From: Candidatus Woesearchaeota archaeon
Lineage (GTDB): Archaea; Nanobdellota; Nanobdellia; Pacearchaeales; GW2011-AR1
Reading direction: 5' to 3'
DNA length: 64,000 bases
NCBI GenBank assembly: GCA_964606775.1
Contig: CAZSGW010000001.1
Span: forward strand, 24,002 to 88,001
Positions 1 through 8,829 of this stretch are shown here, piece after piece (positions within the stretch are counted from its first letter, which is position 1; every line of letters starts with the position of its first letter). A model generated the notes under the pieces. It did no database searches and was not told where the DNA came from. It saw only the letters and a program-made list of their open reading frames with translations. Position numbers and translations under genes: made by a program.

Positions 1-3000
1 GGGTAGGCACCATCAATAACGCCCTCATTTGAATAAGAAGATAAATCTTTAACAAGCGTGCTATTCTCTCCCAAAGAAGAAACATTATCAAAATTCATAA
101 ATAATTTTACAGTTTCATCATAAAAAGTATAATTTATTCCATCAAAATCCAATATAGTACTAGTTAGATTAGAAGCAGAAATAGAAGCATTAATTTCAAA
201 AAAATCATAGATTATATTTTCATTATCTGAAGGAGTAGGAGAAACAAAACTTATATTTTGATCAACAAATGAAAGGTTATATGAAAATATCATCTCTCCA
301 GGAAGAGAAAATTCTCCAGTTTCACGAGGAACATTTGCTTCTTGGGCATCATTACTACTTCCTAAACTAATTACAGATCCCTCATTTAAAGCAGTGTTAA
401 GATTCAAAATCAAAGTACTCCCACCAACAGACGAACTAGTAATATTCGAATCAGTTAAAACAATTCCTCCATCAACAATTCTCCAACCTTCAGAACCTGA
501 ACTCACATTCAAATTTTTATCAAATTCCAAAGTAATCTTATTTGAACTTAAATCAAATTGCGCACTCTGAATTCGGGGACCTCTCTCAAAACTTCCACCA
601 TAATAATGAGTGGATAAAGCAGCCCACCATCTATCTGCAAATTCCTGTAATTGCTCGTCTGTCTTAAAATGCAAATTATCTGGAAGTAAACCAATATCAT
701 AAGTAACGGGACCATATTTAACATTGGAATTTTCATCCCATAATTCCTGTTGAGCCTTTCTTATATTATCATTGGTTGTCCTATTTCCGTTTGGTTGATG
801 ATCTATCTGACCCACAATAACCGCATCAGCATTCAAATCAGAAATTAAATCATCCGTAAACTGACTCAAATTATTTTTAAAACAATCATAATTACCATAA
901 CAGCCTGCATCAGTTCTTGCATCTCTCTCACCTTGAAACCAAATAACTGCTTTTATTCTTCTAGTACCTCCTGTTGCCTCATCAATTTGATCCACTAAAT
1001 GATCATAATATGAATCTCCTCTTTGCCATTCCAAAATTGAAGAACCTCCTGCAGCTGCGCTAATATATCCAATAGGGATTCCAGTATTTTCAACCAAATG
1101 ATTTGCCAAAAGAGGCCATGAACTTCCATCACTTGAAGTAGAATGAATTGGATCATTCGCAATCTTCCAAGCATCATCTTCTCGATAAACAGTCGCGTTT
1201 ATTCCAAGAGAAGTATTATAATTCTGTAGATTATAACCTGTCATTCTCGCATTTGATTGACCTGAAATCGCATACAAATCTCCGATACCAATCTGTTCAA
1301 CAGAATCCACAATTGAATTATTATTTGAAAATCTAACTTCTAAAATTCCCTGGCCCACACTCTGATTAGTCAGATTACCTTCAAAACTCCCTCCATCCGG
1401 AGAAGAAACAATTTCACTCCAATCTCCTCCATTAAACCTTGCCTCAATAGTGCTGGGATTCCCAGTATAGCTTCCAGAAATTGAAATATTAGATTTATTC
1501 TCTGAATCCCGCTGAACAATGGTATATTTAACCGGAGTTGAAATAGTGATAGTTCCTGAAACAGACTCTGTAACATTTCCAACATTAAGCGTCCTAATTT
1601 CGGTAGAAATCAAATTATTTAAAGAATCTCTCGCATAAATAGAATAATTATACGAAGTATCATTACACAAATCCTGAACATTTGAATAAAAAACCCAATT
1701 AGTAGAATCATATTTATACAAATTAGAATAATAATGTTGTTGAAGTTCCTCTTCGCTTATTGCCTTTTTATGTATTGCTAAATTATCAATATTTCCACCA
1801 AGATAATATTCGTTAGCAAAGGTCTCATCTCGAATATAACCAATCTTAAAATTATCACTTGAAGAAATATCTGTAGCAGAAGCAGAAGAAATGTCTTCTG
1901 TATAACTCAAAACACCATTCTTATAAAAACTAATATTCCCATCTCTATCTGCAATAACTGCTATATGAGTCCACCCATCTGAAGGAAGAAAACTCAAACC
2001 AGAAACACTGCTCGTGTCAATTGCATCACTCTCCGCTCTTAACCTTATTTTATTTCCTGAAGATGTTGCAGTAAAAAACAAGCCAAATCCCTCTGCATCA
2101 AAAGTTCCCTTAGATAAAATACCATTAGGTCCTGAATCATCAATACTTCTATTAACCCAAAACAGAATTGAAAAATCATTAGTCCCAAAATTCAAATCAC
2201 CTTCATCTTCAACATCAACATGATCATCTGTAGCATCAAGATAAACGGAATTCCCATATTTACCTGACTCGATAAATGCTCCATTTTTTAAAATCCCCTC
2301 ATTCGTCAAATTAGTCAAATCTTTAACAAGCGTGCTATTCTCTCCCAAAGAAGAAACATTATCAAAATTCATAAATAATTTTGTATTACTATCATAAATA
2401 GTATAATTTAAATCATTCCAATTAAAAATTAATTCATTTAACTGTCCAACATCTGTTGTTGCATTTATCTCAACTGAACTTTCATTGATAGTATCTCCAT
2501 CGCTAGGAGTGGGTGAAACAAACGAAATAGAATGATTAATACCCGAATAAGTTATACTAACATTATAAAGCAAAGGAAAATAAGAAGTATTCTCCGTTTC
2601 AAAAAGTCCCTTATATTGGATGTATCGATTATCAGTCAAGCTTAAATTTTGAGAAGAAACGTCATTAATGTCTGTCCAAGATTCGCCAGAACAAGAAAAA
2701 TCATCACAGCTCCTTACAGAAAAATCGATCGAATTTATACCTCTTCTATACAAACCACTAACTTCGGACTGAGAAAGAGATTTATTCCACAAAGAAATTT
2801 CATCAATAAATGCATTTAAATCTTGGTTATTTAAGGCCGTATTCTTACCTACTTTTATAACAGCATTTCTATCGTCATCTCCAGTAAAACCAGTATCAGT
2901 ACCTTGATTATCCACTTTAACAGAGTCCAAATAAATAGAAATACTTTCATTTCCAACACTTCCATTCCAAGTTGCAACAATCGAGTGCCATTCACCATCA

Positions 3001-4754
3001 AACAAATCAGTCGAAGAAGTTTCCCTCTGAATACTTCCCCCGTTACCAAATTTTGTATAGTAAATTTTCCCAGTACTTTTATCCGCAGAAAAATACCATT
3101 CTGTCTCTCCAAGATTGTCATACTTACTAATCAAATCCATCAAAACACTTGAAGAACCATTATCTTTGAACCATAGATGAACACTGAACCCTCCGGGATT
3201 ATAGAATTCAGAATCATCCTCAATTTGAAAATAATCTGTCTCATTAAAATAAACTGATTTATTGAACCTTCCTTCATACGAATAATCAACACCGTGATTA
3301 GTTGCATTATTGCCATAACCAGAATAATCAATAAAATTCCCACTCTCTTCATTTAAATGCAAGAGCAAAATATTATCTTCTAAACCAGAATCTAATTCTC
3401 CCATAGGGCTGGATATCCAAGAAAAAATATCCCACGAGACAAGAGAAGTTGCATCAAAAACCTGACTCAAGAATAATCCGCTAGAAGAATTTAATTCAAG
3501 AGCATCAACCGAATTATTAAAACTAACATTCATTAAAGTTCCAGAAAGAAAACTATATCTTGTACTTCCTTCGTTAATCAAATATGTACCTGAATCACCT
3601 TCTGTAACAAGTTCACTATAATCAACACTCACATTATAAAGTTTAGGGATATAATTTACATTAGGGGTTGTAAAATTGAACAAATATTGAAAATACCTAT
3701 TATCACTCACGCTTAAACTCTGAGGAGAACTATCACTCACATCAATCCAAGATTCGCCAGAACAAGAAGAATCATTACAACTTCTCACCGATAAATTAAG
3801 TCTTTGTATACCTCTTGCATAATGCTCTCCAATTTCGTCCTCGGATAAAGTACGATTATAAACAACAAACTCGTCCATATCTCCATCAAAAAAATAATCC
3901 TTATCTCCGGCACCATTAATAATATACCCTAAACTAAAATTATCGCTTGATGAAATATCTGTAGTAGAAGCAGAAGAAATATCTTCTATATAAGTCAAGG
4001 AAGCATTTTTATAAAAACTAATATTCCCGTCCCTATCTGCAACAACTGTAACATGCGTCCAACCATCAGAAGGAGTAAATGAATAAGTTCCATCAGCAGG
4101 ATCAGTGGGAGCATCAATAACATCACTCTCCGCTCTTAACCTTATTTTGTCTTGGCCAGTAAAAAACAATCCAAATCCTTCCGCATCAAAAGTCCCTTTT
4201 GAAGTCAAACCTTGCGTCCCAGTACTATCTCTTTTAATCCAGAAACTAATAGAAAAATCATCGGTTCCAAAATTTAAATCCCCACTATCATTTATACTAA
4301 TTAAATCATCCGAACCATCAAAACCAATTGCAGAATTTATTTGACCCTCTTGATTGTACAAAGCACCGTTATAACTTCCATTATTTGAATTACTTGAATA
4401 ATCTATTATTGTTCCAGATTGTTCATTTAAATGCATAAGTAAAATATTTCCACTTAATCCAACATCAAACTCTCCGTCATCACTTCCCCACAAAATAGAG
4501 CTCCAAGTTGAATTCTCTCCTGCATCAAAAATTTCACTAGCATAAGAACCTTTTAAAAAACTAGAATTCAAAACAACCGCGTTAAAAGTAGAATTATAAG
4601 AAGTGTTCACATAAATCCCATTTTCAAAATCAGATTCAGTATTATCCAAAAAATTTCCCGCATAAACAGATGTAAGAAGTAAAACAAAAAGCAACAAAAA
4701 AACTAAATTATATTTATGATTAACAAAGAACTTCCCAGATTTATCAAACAACAT
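1..4754 (-). CDS. Giant secreted modular surface protein, 5' part only (ATG at 4754..4752; runs off the window at position 1, >1580 aa): signal peptide, at least 3 LamG/ConA-like lectin units and an embedded SASA/SGNH-type carbohydrate O-acetylesterase domain
   Basis: Manual translation of the minus frame (codons starting at coordinates = 0 mod 3) is open from 4754 down to 1. It is missing from the ORF track because there is no stop in the window, and all listed minus ORFs here are in a different frame. The N-terminus MLFDKSGKFFVNHKYNLVFLLLFVLLLTSVYAGN is a signal peptide. Recurring motifs GDLNFGT(D/N)DFSI(S/L)FW(I/V) and FSVRSC(N/D)D(S/F)SCSGESW..DNRY.QY fit LamG_3/ConA-like units of about 370 aa. 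Region about 1380..540 encodes ..AISGQSNARM..GSSWPLLANHL..AAAGGSSILEWQ..AVIWFQGERDA..LPDNLHFKTDEQLQEFADRWW, i.e. the GQSN and W(F/Y)QGE motifs of the sialate O-acetylesterase (SASA, PF03629) family. Codon-by-codon checks were done at 1..62 and 840..1380. Confidence 0.6.
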   Translation of the reverse strand, partial: MLFDKSGKFFVNHKYNLVFLLLFVLLLTSVYAGNFLDNTESDFENGIYVNTSYNSTFNAVVLNSSFLKGSYASEIFDAGENSTWSSILWGSDDGEFDVGLSGNILLMHLNEQSGTIIDYSSNSNNGSYNGALYNQEGQINSAIGFDGSDDLISINDSGDLNFGTDDFSISFWIKRDSTGTQGLTSKGTFDAEGFGLFFTGQDKIRLRAESDVIDAPTDPADGTYSFTPSDGWTHVTVVADRDGNISFYKNASLTYIEDISSASTTDISSSDNFSLGYIINGAGDKDYFFDGDMDEFVVYNRTLSEDEIGEHYARGIQRLNLSVRSCNDSSCSGESWIDVSDSSPQSLSVSDNRYFQYLFNFTTPNVNYIPKLYNVSVDYSELVTEGDSGTYLINEGSTRYSFLSGTLMNVSFNNSVDALELNSSSGLFLSQVFDATSLVSWDIFSWISSPMGELDSGLEDNILLLHLNEESGNFIDYSGYGNNATNHGVDYSYEGRFNKSVYFNETDYFQIEDDSEFYNPGGFSVHLWFKDNGSSSVLMDLISKYDNLGETEWYFSADKSTGKIYYTKFGNGGSIQRETSSTDLFDGEWHSIVATWNGSVGNESISIYLDSVKVDNQGTDTGFTGDDDRNAVIKVGKNTALNNQDLNAFIDEISLWNKSLSQSEVSGLYRRGINSIDFSVRSCDDFSCSGESWTDINDVSSQNLSLTDNRYIQYKGLFETENTSYFPLLYNVSITYSGINHSISFVSPTPSDGDTINESSVEINATTDVGQLNELIFNWNDLNYTIYDSNTKLFMNFDNVSSLGENSTLVKDLTNLTNEGILKNGAFIESGKYGNSVYLDATDDHVDVEDEGDLNFGTNDFSILFWVNRSIDDSGPNGILSKGTFDAEGFGLFFTATSSGNKIRLRAESDAIDTSSVSGLSFLPSDGWTHIAVIADRDGNISFYKNGVLSYTEDISSASATDISSSDNFKIGYIRDETFANEYYLGGNIDNLAIHKKAISEEELQQHYYSNLYKYDSTNWVFYSNVQDLCNDTSYNYSIYARDSLNNLISTEIRTLNVGNVTESVSGTITISTPVKYTIVQRDSENKSNISISGSYTGNPSTIEARFNGGDWSEIVSSPDGGSFEGNLTNQSVGQGILEVRFSNNNSIVDSVEQIGIGDLYAISGQSNARMTGYNLQNYNTSLGINATVYREDDAWKIANDPIHSTSSDGSSWPLLANHLVENTGIPIGYISAAAGGSSILEWQRGDSYYDHLVDQIDEATGGTRRIKAVIWFQGERDARTDAGCYGNYDCFKNNLSQFTDDLISDLNADAVIVGQIDHQPNGNRTTNDNIRKAQQELWDENSNVKYGPVTYDIGLLPDNLHFKTDEQLQEFADRWWAALSTHYYGGSFERGPRIQSAQFDLSSNKITLEFDKNLNVSSGSEGWRIVDGGIVLTDSNITSSSVGGSTLILNLNTALNEGSVISLGSSNDAQEANVPRETGEFSLPGEMIFSYNLSFVDQNISFVSPTPSDNENIIYDFFEINASISASNLTSTILDFDGINYTFYDETVKLFMNFDNVSSLGENSTLVKDLSSYSNEGVIDGAY
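43..108. repeat. 66-bp exact direct repeat, copy A (copy B at 2317..2382; period 2274 bp) inside the giant gene
   Basis: aaatctttaacaagcgtgctattctctcccaaagaagaaacattatcaaaattcataaataatttt is identical at both positions, and the flanking sequence is similar but diverged. Confidence 0.9.
2317..2382. repeat. 66-bp exact direct repeat, copy B (copy A at 43..108)
   Basis: Same 66-mer as at 43..108. A further diverged repeat relationship lies between 2014..2223 and 4105..4344 (offset about 2091 bp), visible as two similar antisense ORFs in the ORF track. Confidence 0.9.
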
Positions 4755-4925
4755 TTTCACCTCTAAAAAAGAAAAGAAAAATAGTATTTAAATGTTAAGA
4801 TTAACAACGACAAAGTAACAAAATTTTAAAAAAAATCTCCACAAAAGTTTTATTTTTAAATTCAAAATATACAAAAAATTTCCTGTATGAAAAAAATACT
4901 AAAAGAAAAATCAAACAAATAAAAA

Positions 4926-5084
4926 TTATTTCTTAGAATCAGCCAAAGATTTTTCAAGTCTTTCTTTAAGTTTATCTAAATTGTAGTCTCCATCTATAAG
5001 ACTAAAAGATTTAGATTTCTTAGTTTTAAGGTCTGTTATTTGAACTCTAAACCTTATATCCTCTTTTTTCAACACTTTCAACAT
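4926..5084 (-). CDS. Small basic hypothetical protein (52 aa: MLKVLKKEDIRFRVQITDLKTKKSKSFSLIDGDYNLDKLKERLEKSLADSKK)
   Basis: Complete ORF below the 60-aa ORF-track cutoff. A TATA-like tttaaaaat (minus strand, plus coordinates 5106..5114) is centred about 26 nt upstream of the ATG, matching leaderless archaeal promoter geometry seen elsewhere in the window. No recognisable family. Confidence 0.35.
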   Translation of the reverse strand: MLKVLKKEDIRFRVQITDLKTKKSKSFSLIDGDYNLDKLKERLEKSLADSKK

Positions 5085-5192
5085 TCAGTATAAAGGGGAA
5101 ATGTATTTTTAAACTTTTTTATCCACGCAAAATTCACTTCCATCAAAAATAAAATAATTATTAAAAAATATCCAAAAAATTTTTTCAAAATA

Positions 5193-5200
5193 TTTATATA
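5193..5200 (+). promoter_or_regulatory. TATA box (tttatata) centred about 25 nt upstream of the ATG at 5222, consistent with a leaderless transcript
   Basis: AT-rich archaeal TATA consensus. The same spacing recurs upstream of metG, valS, the aRF1 gene and tfb. Confidence 0.4.
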
Positions 5201-5221
5201 TGAACAAATCAACTAAATAAC

Positions 5222-6016
5222 ATGAAAAAGAACGTAATCTTTGTATTTTGTATTATTCTATTAATCTCTCCAATAATGGCTCAAGAATATAATCTTGACA
5301 TTTCAACTAGCAAAGACATTTTCAAAGCAGGAGAGGATATAGTGTTAAAAGTAACGCTTCGAGACTCTTCAAATGATCTAATACAAGATAACATTTCTGT
5401 AAAGTTAGAAGATGCAGAAAGAAAAATAAATTTAAAAAAAACTATTCCTGCAAACGAATTCGTTAATTTGGAAATAGGTGACCATGCAAGTCACGGACAA
5501 GGAACTATTACTGCACAATACAAAGATTCGAGCACAACGGGAATTTTTACAATCGAAATAAAAGAATTGGCAAGATTTGATTTAGACAAAGATATTTTAA
5601 CAATAACAAATATTGGAAATACAAAATACTCAAAATCAGTTCAAATTAATATAGGGGAAACAACTGGAATAAAACAACCTAAATTATTTGCGGGGGAAAG
5701 TGTTTCATATAGATTAATTGCTCCCGAAGGAACATACAACATAAAAATAACTGATGGAAAAACAACGTTAGAAAAAGAAAACATGCAGCTTTCAAGTGGC
5801 GGACTAACCGGAAAAAGTATCGGAATAATTAATGAAAGAGATTCTGACCAAACTACAATCACAGGAGGGATAAGTCCTGATGAAGAAAAAGAAGATGCAA
5901 TTTTAAACTATATGAAAAATAGCAAATCGATTTATATTTTCGTTATGGCAATTTTTGGAATAATGATTTTATTAGCAATTGAAAGAAAATACTCCAAAAA
6001 GAAATCTAAAAAGTAA
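5222..6016 (+). CDS. Secreted protein with N-terminal signal peptide and C-terminal TM anchor plus basic tail (archaeal surface-protein topology)
   Basis: MKKNVIFVFCIILLISPIMAQEYN is a signal peptide; the C-terminal IYIFVMAIFGIMILLAIERKYSKKKSKK is a TM helix with a Lys tail. Divergent from the giant surface gene. Confidence 0.55.
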   Translation: MKKNVIFVFCIILLISPIMAQEYNLDISTSKDIFKAGEDIVLKVTLRDSSNDLIQDNISVKLEDAERKINLKKTIPANEFVNLEIGDHASHGQGTITAQYKDSSTTGIFTIEIKELARFDLDKDILTITNIGNTKYSKSVQINIGETTGIKQPKLFAGESVSYRLIAPEGTYNIKITDGKTTLEKENMQLSSGGLTGKSIGIINERDSDQTTITGGISPDEEKEDAILNYMKNSKSIYIFVMAIFGIMILLAIERKYSKKKSKK

Positions 6017-6021
6017 TTTAT

Positions 6022-6435
6022 TTATTCTCCAACAACTTTAACCAAAACTTGTTTATCTCTCTGCCCATCAAATTCTCCATAAAAAATTTCCTCCCATCTT
6101 CCAACATCCAAATCATTATTTGAAATAGAAATAGTCGTTTCTCTCCCCATCACCGTCCTCCACAAATGAGCAAAACCATTGTCCTCGCCTGTTTGATGAT
6201 GGTGATAGTCCTTTTCCTTCGGCGCAAGTTTTTCTAACCACTCCTCAAAATCTTTCAGCAAACCAGATTCATTATCATTTACAAAAACAGAAGAAGTAAT
6301 ATGCATAGGATTTATCAAAGCAATCCCTTCTTTCACTCCAGATTCTTTCACAACATTTCTAACTTTTTCAGTGATATTTACAAAATCTATTCTCTTTTGA
6401 GTCTTAATTGTTATCTTTTTAAGATAAGTTTTCAT
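6022..6435 (-). CDS. YjbQ/UPF0047 family protein (secondary thiamine-phosphate synthase-like)
   Basis: The fold-family motifs ..GIALINPMHITSSVFVNDNESGLLKDFEEWLEKLAP..YHHHQTGEDNGFAHL..GRWEEIFYGEFDG match the YjbQ family. Confidence 0.7.
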   Translation of the reverse strand: MKTYLKKITIKTQKRIDFVNITEKVRNVVKESGVKEGIALINPMHITSSVFVNDNESGLLKDFEEWLEKLAPKEKDYHHHQTGEDNGFAHLWRTVMGRETTISISNNDLDVGRWEEIFYGEFDGQRDKQVLVKVVGE

Positions 6436-6485
6436 AAAAATACCAAGAAAAAAAGATTTATAAATCCTATCAGATTAGATTTCTT

Positions 6486-6719
6486 ATGGCAGATTGGAAA
6501 ACATACCTCATAATTTATTTCGGAACAAAAGAAACAAAACCAACCGAAGTAGCAAAAAAACTTGAAGAAATTGGATTTGAAACTTCATTTGGGCCAGTAG
6601 ATTTTATCTACGAATGGGAAGAAAAACCTTCAAAAGAACAAGTTTTAGAACTAGCAGATAAAATATCTGAATCCCTAAAAGAATCGGGAGTGATTTTTAA
6701 TTTAGATACTCACGATTAA
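6486..6719 (+). CDS. Small hypothetical protein (77 aa)
   Basis: ORF with K/E-rich composition typical of this genome; no recognisable motif. Confidence 0.35.
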   Translation: MADWKTYLIIYFGTKETKPTEVAKKLEEIGFETSFGPVDFIYEWEEKPSKEQVLELADKISESLKESGVIFNLDTHD

Positions 6720-6776
6720 TTTCTAAAAAATATTTTTATTTTTACAATTAGTTGTAACTCCCAAAAAAGATTATAA

Positions 6777-6849
6777 AGCGGAGGGTGGGACTCGAACCCA
6801 CGAAAAATCGGGTTGCAGCCGATTGCAGTAGCCGCTGTGCCACCTCCGC
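6777..6849 (-). tRNA. tRNA-Cys (anticodon GCA)
   Basis: Minus-strand cloverleaf: acceptor GCGGAGG/CCTCCGC, anticodon loop CUGCAAC, T-arm GTGGG-TTCGAGT-CCCAC, discriminator U73 as expected for tRNA-Cys. The D-stem is only 3 bp. Confidence 0.8.
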
Positions 6850-6923
6850 ATAGAAATTAAAGAAAGTTCGAACTTTTAAAGTTAATTATCTGAATATAAG
6901 AAAATAGTAACAACGGAGTATAT

Positions 6924-7994
6924 CTATTTTTTCAAATGCAAAGCATCAACTGGACAAATTTCCATACAACAAAAACATCTAATACATTTCTTCTTATCGA
7001 TAACAGGATAAGGCTTTAAAGTGATTGCGTCAACAGGACATTTCTTCGCACAAGTTCCACACTGAATACATTTTTTCTCATTACAAATAATCGGCTTCTG
7101 TGCAAACGCTCTTCTCAACCTACTCTGATGAAGTTTACAAGGAGGCTTCTTAAAGTGAATTTTCGGTAATTTTTTCAAACCAACCAACTCAAATTTATAA
7201 TCTGGATATAAACCTCTCTTTATTGCAAAATTTATCGCAAAAATCTTTTTAGGGCTACACCCTATAATACCACTTCCAGCAATATCCAAAGCAACAGCAT
7301 CTTTTGAAGCTAAGATTATTTTGGAATTAACAGGACTTCCCGAAGTGGGACCATGTCCTTGCATTCCAACTACCCCCTCCATAATATTTAATTCAGGTTT
7401 TATATTTTGATAAATATCAACTAATAAATTAGAAAATTTTTTCTCTCCTTTTGCATCATTATGTAATTTCTGTTTCAAACCCCCTGGAATAACCCCATAC
7501 AAATTTTTTATCGCTCCAGTATACTTAGTTAAAATATGAGTTTTTAATTTCGGAACATTTATTATTAAATCCATTTCCTTAAAAGTTTTAGAAACTGGGA
7601 ACTCTTTCAAAACCTTGTTCTTAGGATTTTTAATTTTAGACAATTTATCTTGCTCAAAAATAACTACCTTAGCACCATACTTTTTCGCAACCTTTTCAAT
7701 GCCCGACTTCTTGAAGAACTCATCAGTATCCATAAACGAAGATTCCCCGATAAAAATCTTACATTTATTTTTCTTCAATATCTTACAAATTGCATCAATG
7801 ATTTGTGGCTGAGTATATGTAGCTTTTTTATTCTTGACATTTGCTGTAACTATATTGGGCTTTATCATAACCCTTGAATTTTTCTTAAACTCAAAACCAA
7901 TTAAATCTATAGATTCCTTAACAGCCTTATCGACTTCTTTCTGAGAATAAGAATTACATTTTACAACGGAAACTTTTTCAACCTCTTTCTTCAT
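6924..7994 (-). CDS. DUF362 domain protein with C-terminal 2x[4Fe-4S] ferredoxin domain
   Basis: The C-terminus carries two CxxCxxCxxxCP motifs (CIQCGTCAKKCP and CIRCFCCMEICP). The N-terminal 280 aa resemble DUF362 iron-sulfur-associated proteins. Confidence 0.65.
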   Translation of the reverse strand: MKKEVEKVSVVKCNSYSQKEVDKAVKESIDLIGFEFKKNSRVMIKPNIVTANVKNKKATYTQPQIIDAICKILKKNKCKIFIGESSFMDTDEFFKKSGIEKVAKKYGAKVVIFEQDKLSKIKNPKNKVLKEFPVSKTFKEMDLIINVPKLKTHILTKYTGAIKNLYGVIPGGLKQKLHNDAKGEKKFSNLLVDIYQNIKPELNIMEGVVGMQGHGPTSGSPVNSKIILASKDAVALDIAGSGIIGCSPKKIFAINFAIKRGLYPDYKFELVGLKKLPKIHFKKPPCKLHQSRLRRAFAQKPIICNEKKCIQCGTCAKKCPVDAITLKPYPVIDKKKCIRCFCCMEICPVDALHLKK

Positions 7995-8048
7995 AATATA
8001 TATAGAAATAGAAAACTTTTAAACCTTATTAATCAACAAATTACTAGA

Positions 8049-8122
8049 GCCCCGGTAGCTCAGCTGGATAGAGCGACTGCCTTCTAAGCAGTAGGTCGCA
8101 GGTTCGAATCCTGTCCGGGGCA
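8049..8122 (+). tRNA. tRNA-Arg (anticodon TCT)
   Basis: GCCCCGG..CCGGGGC acceptor, anticodon loop CTTCTAA, T-loop GGTTCGAATCC, discriminator A. Confidence 0.9.
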
Positions 8123-8170
8123 TAATTTCAAAAAAGCAAAATTCTAAAAGAAATATGTTTTAACAAAAAA

Positions 8171-8794
8171 TTAATTTTCTTGAAATTCCAAAATTAATTT
8201 TCCTTTCTCAATATTTTGACTTACAATTTCCATATTAAAGGGAATAAATTTGTAATACGCTTTTTTATCACTAATAGCTTTTATCTCAATACTGCTTTCC
8301 AAAGCAACAATCTGAACATCTTCAATACTTTTTAGTCCAGGCATATAAATTTCGTAAAGAATTTTATTACCTAGTCTTTTCAAATTTGTCTTAGCTTCTT
8401 CCCTTGGCAAACTAGAGAATTTGCTAAGTTTTTCCTCATCAAAAAATCTAAGAGTCTTCTTCTTAGGTTCCTTTTTAGGTTTCGGAGACTGTTGATTATT
8501 CAATTTAACTTCCTTCCCATTAATCATCAATTTAAAATTAGAATTTGGTTGAGGTTGTATTCTCCCTCCTTCCTTCTTCATTTCTTTCTCAAGCATTTTA
8601 AGAGTACTATTAAGCATCCTTCCTAACATTCCTCCTCCCATCCCTTCAAAAACTTCTTTAGAATCATCAAAATCATTTTTGCCTAACATTCCCCACTCTT
8701 CTTTTCGGTAAAGGGGAGTTCCACAATTAGGGCAAAAATTAAACTTTCCAGACAATTTTTCTTTACATTTTTTACAAGACTTCTTATTCAACAT
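8171..8794 (-). CDS. Zinc-ribbon protein with C-terminal Hsp20/alpha-crystallin-like domain
   Basis: N-terminal CKKCKEKLSGKFNFCPNCG zinc ribbon; the C-terminal ..ILYEIYMPGLKSIEDVQIVALESSIEIKAISDKKAYYKFIPFNMEIVSQNIEKGKLILEF resembles an sHSP ACD beta-sandwich. Confidence 0.4.
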   Translation of the reverse strand: MLNKKSCKKCKEKLSGKFNFCPNCGTPLYRKEEWGMLGKNDFDDSKEVFEGMGGGMLGRMLNSTLKMLEKEMKKEGGRIQPQPNSNFKLMINGKEVKLNNQQSPKPKKEPKKKTLRFFDEEKLSKFSSLPREEAKTNLKRLGNKILYEIYMPGLKSIEDVQIVALESSIEIKAISDKKAYYKFIPFNMEIVSQNIEKGKLILEFQEN

Positions 8795-8829
8795 ACTTAA
8801 AATTTAGATGAAAGCATTTAAATTTCTTA

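Noticed and set aside
2014-2223. Plus-strand ORFs 2014..2223 and 4105..4344 with mutually similar translations
   Set aside because: Both are antisense to the open minus-strand frame of the giant surface gene. Their similarity only reflects the underlying 2.1-kb intragenic DNA repeat. They are low-complexity S/P/L-rich translations.
548-3352. Short minus-strand ORFs (548..736, 995..1177, 1370..1585, 2855..3121, 3140..3352) and plus ORFs 1148..1336 and 2904..3152
   Set aside because: All lie in frames other than the continuous open frame of the giant gene (codon starts = 0 mod 3 on the minus strand) and have no coding character.
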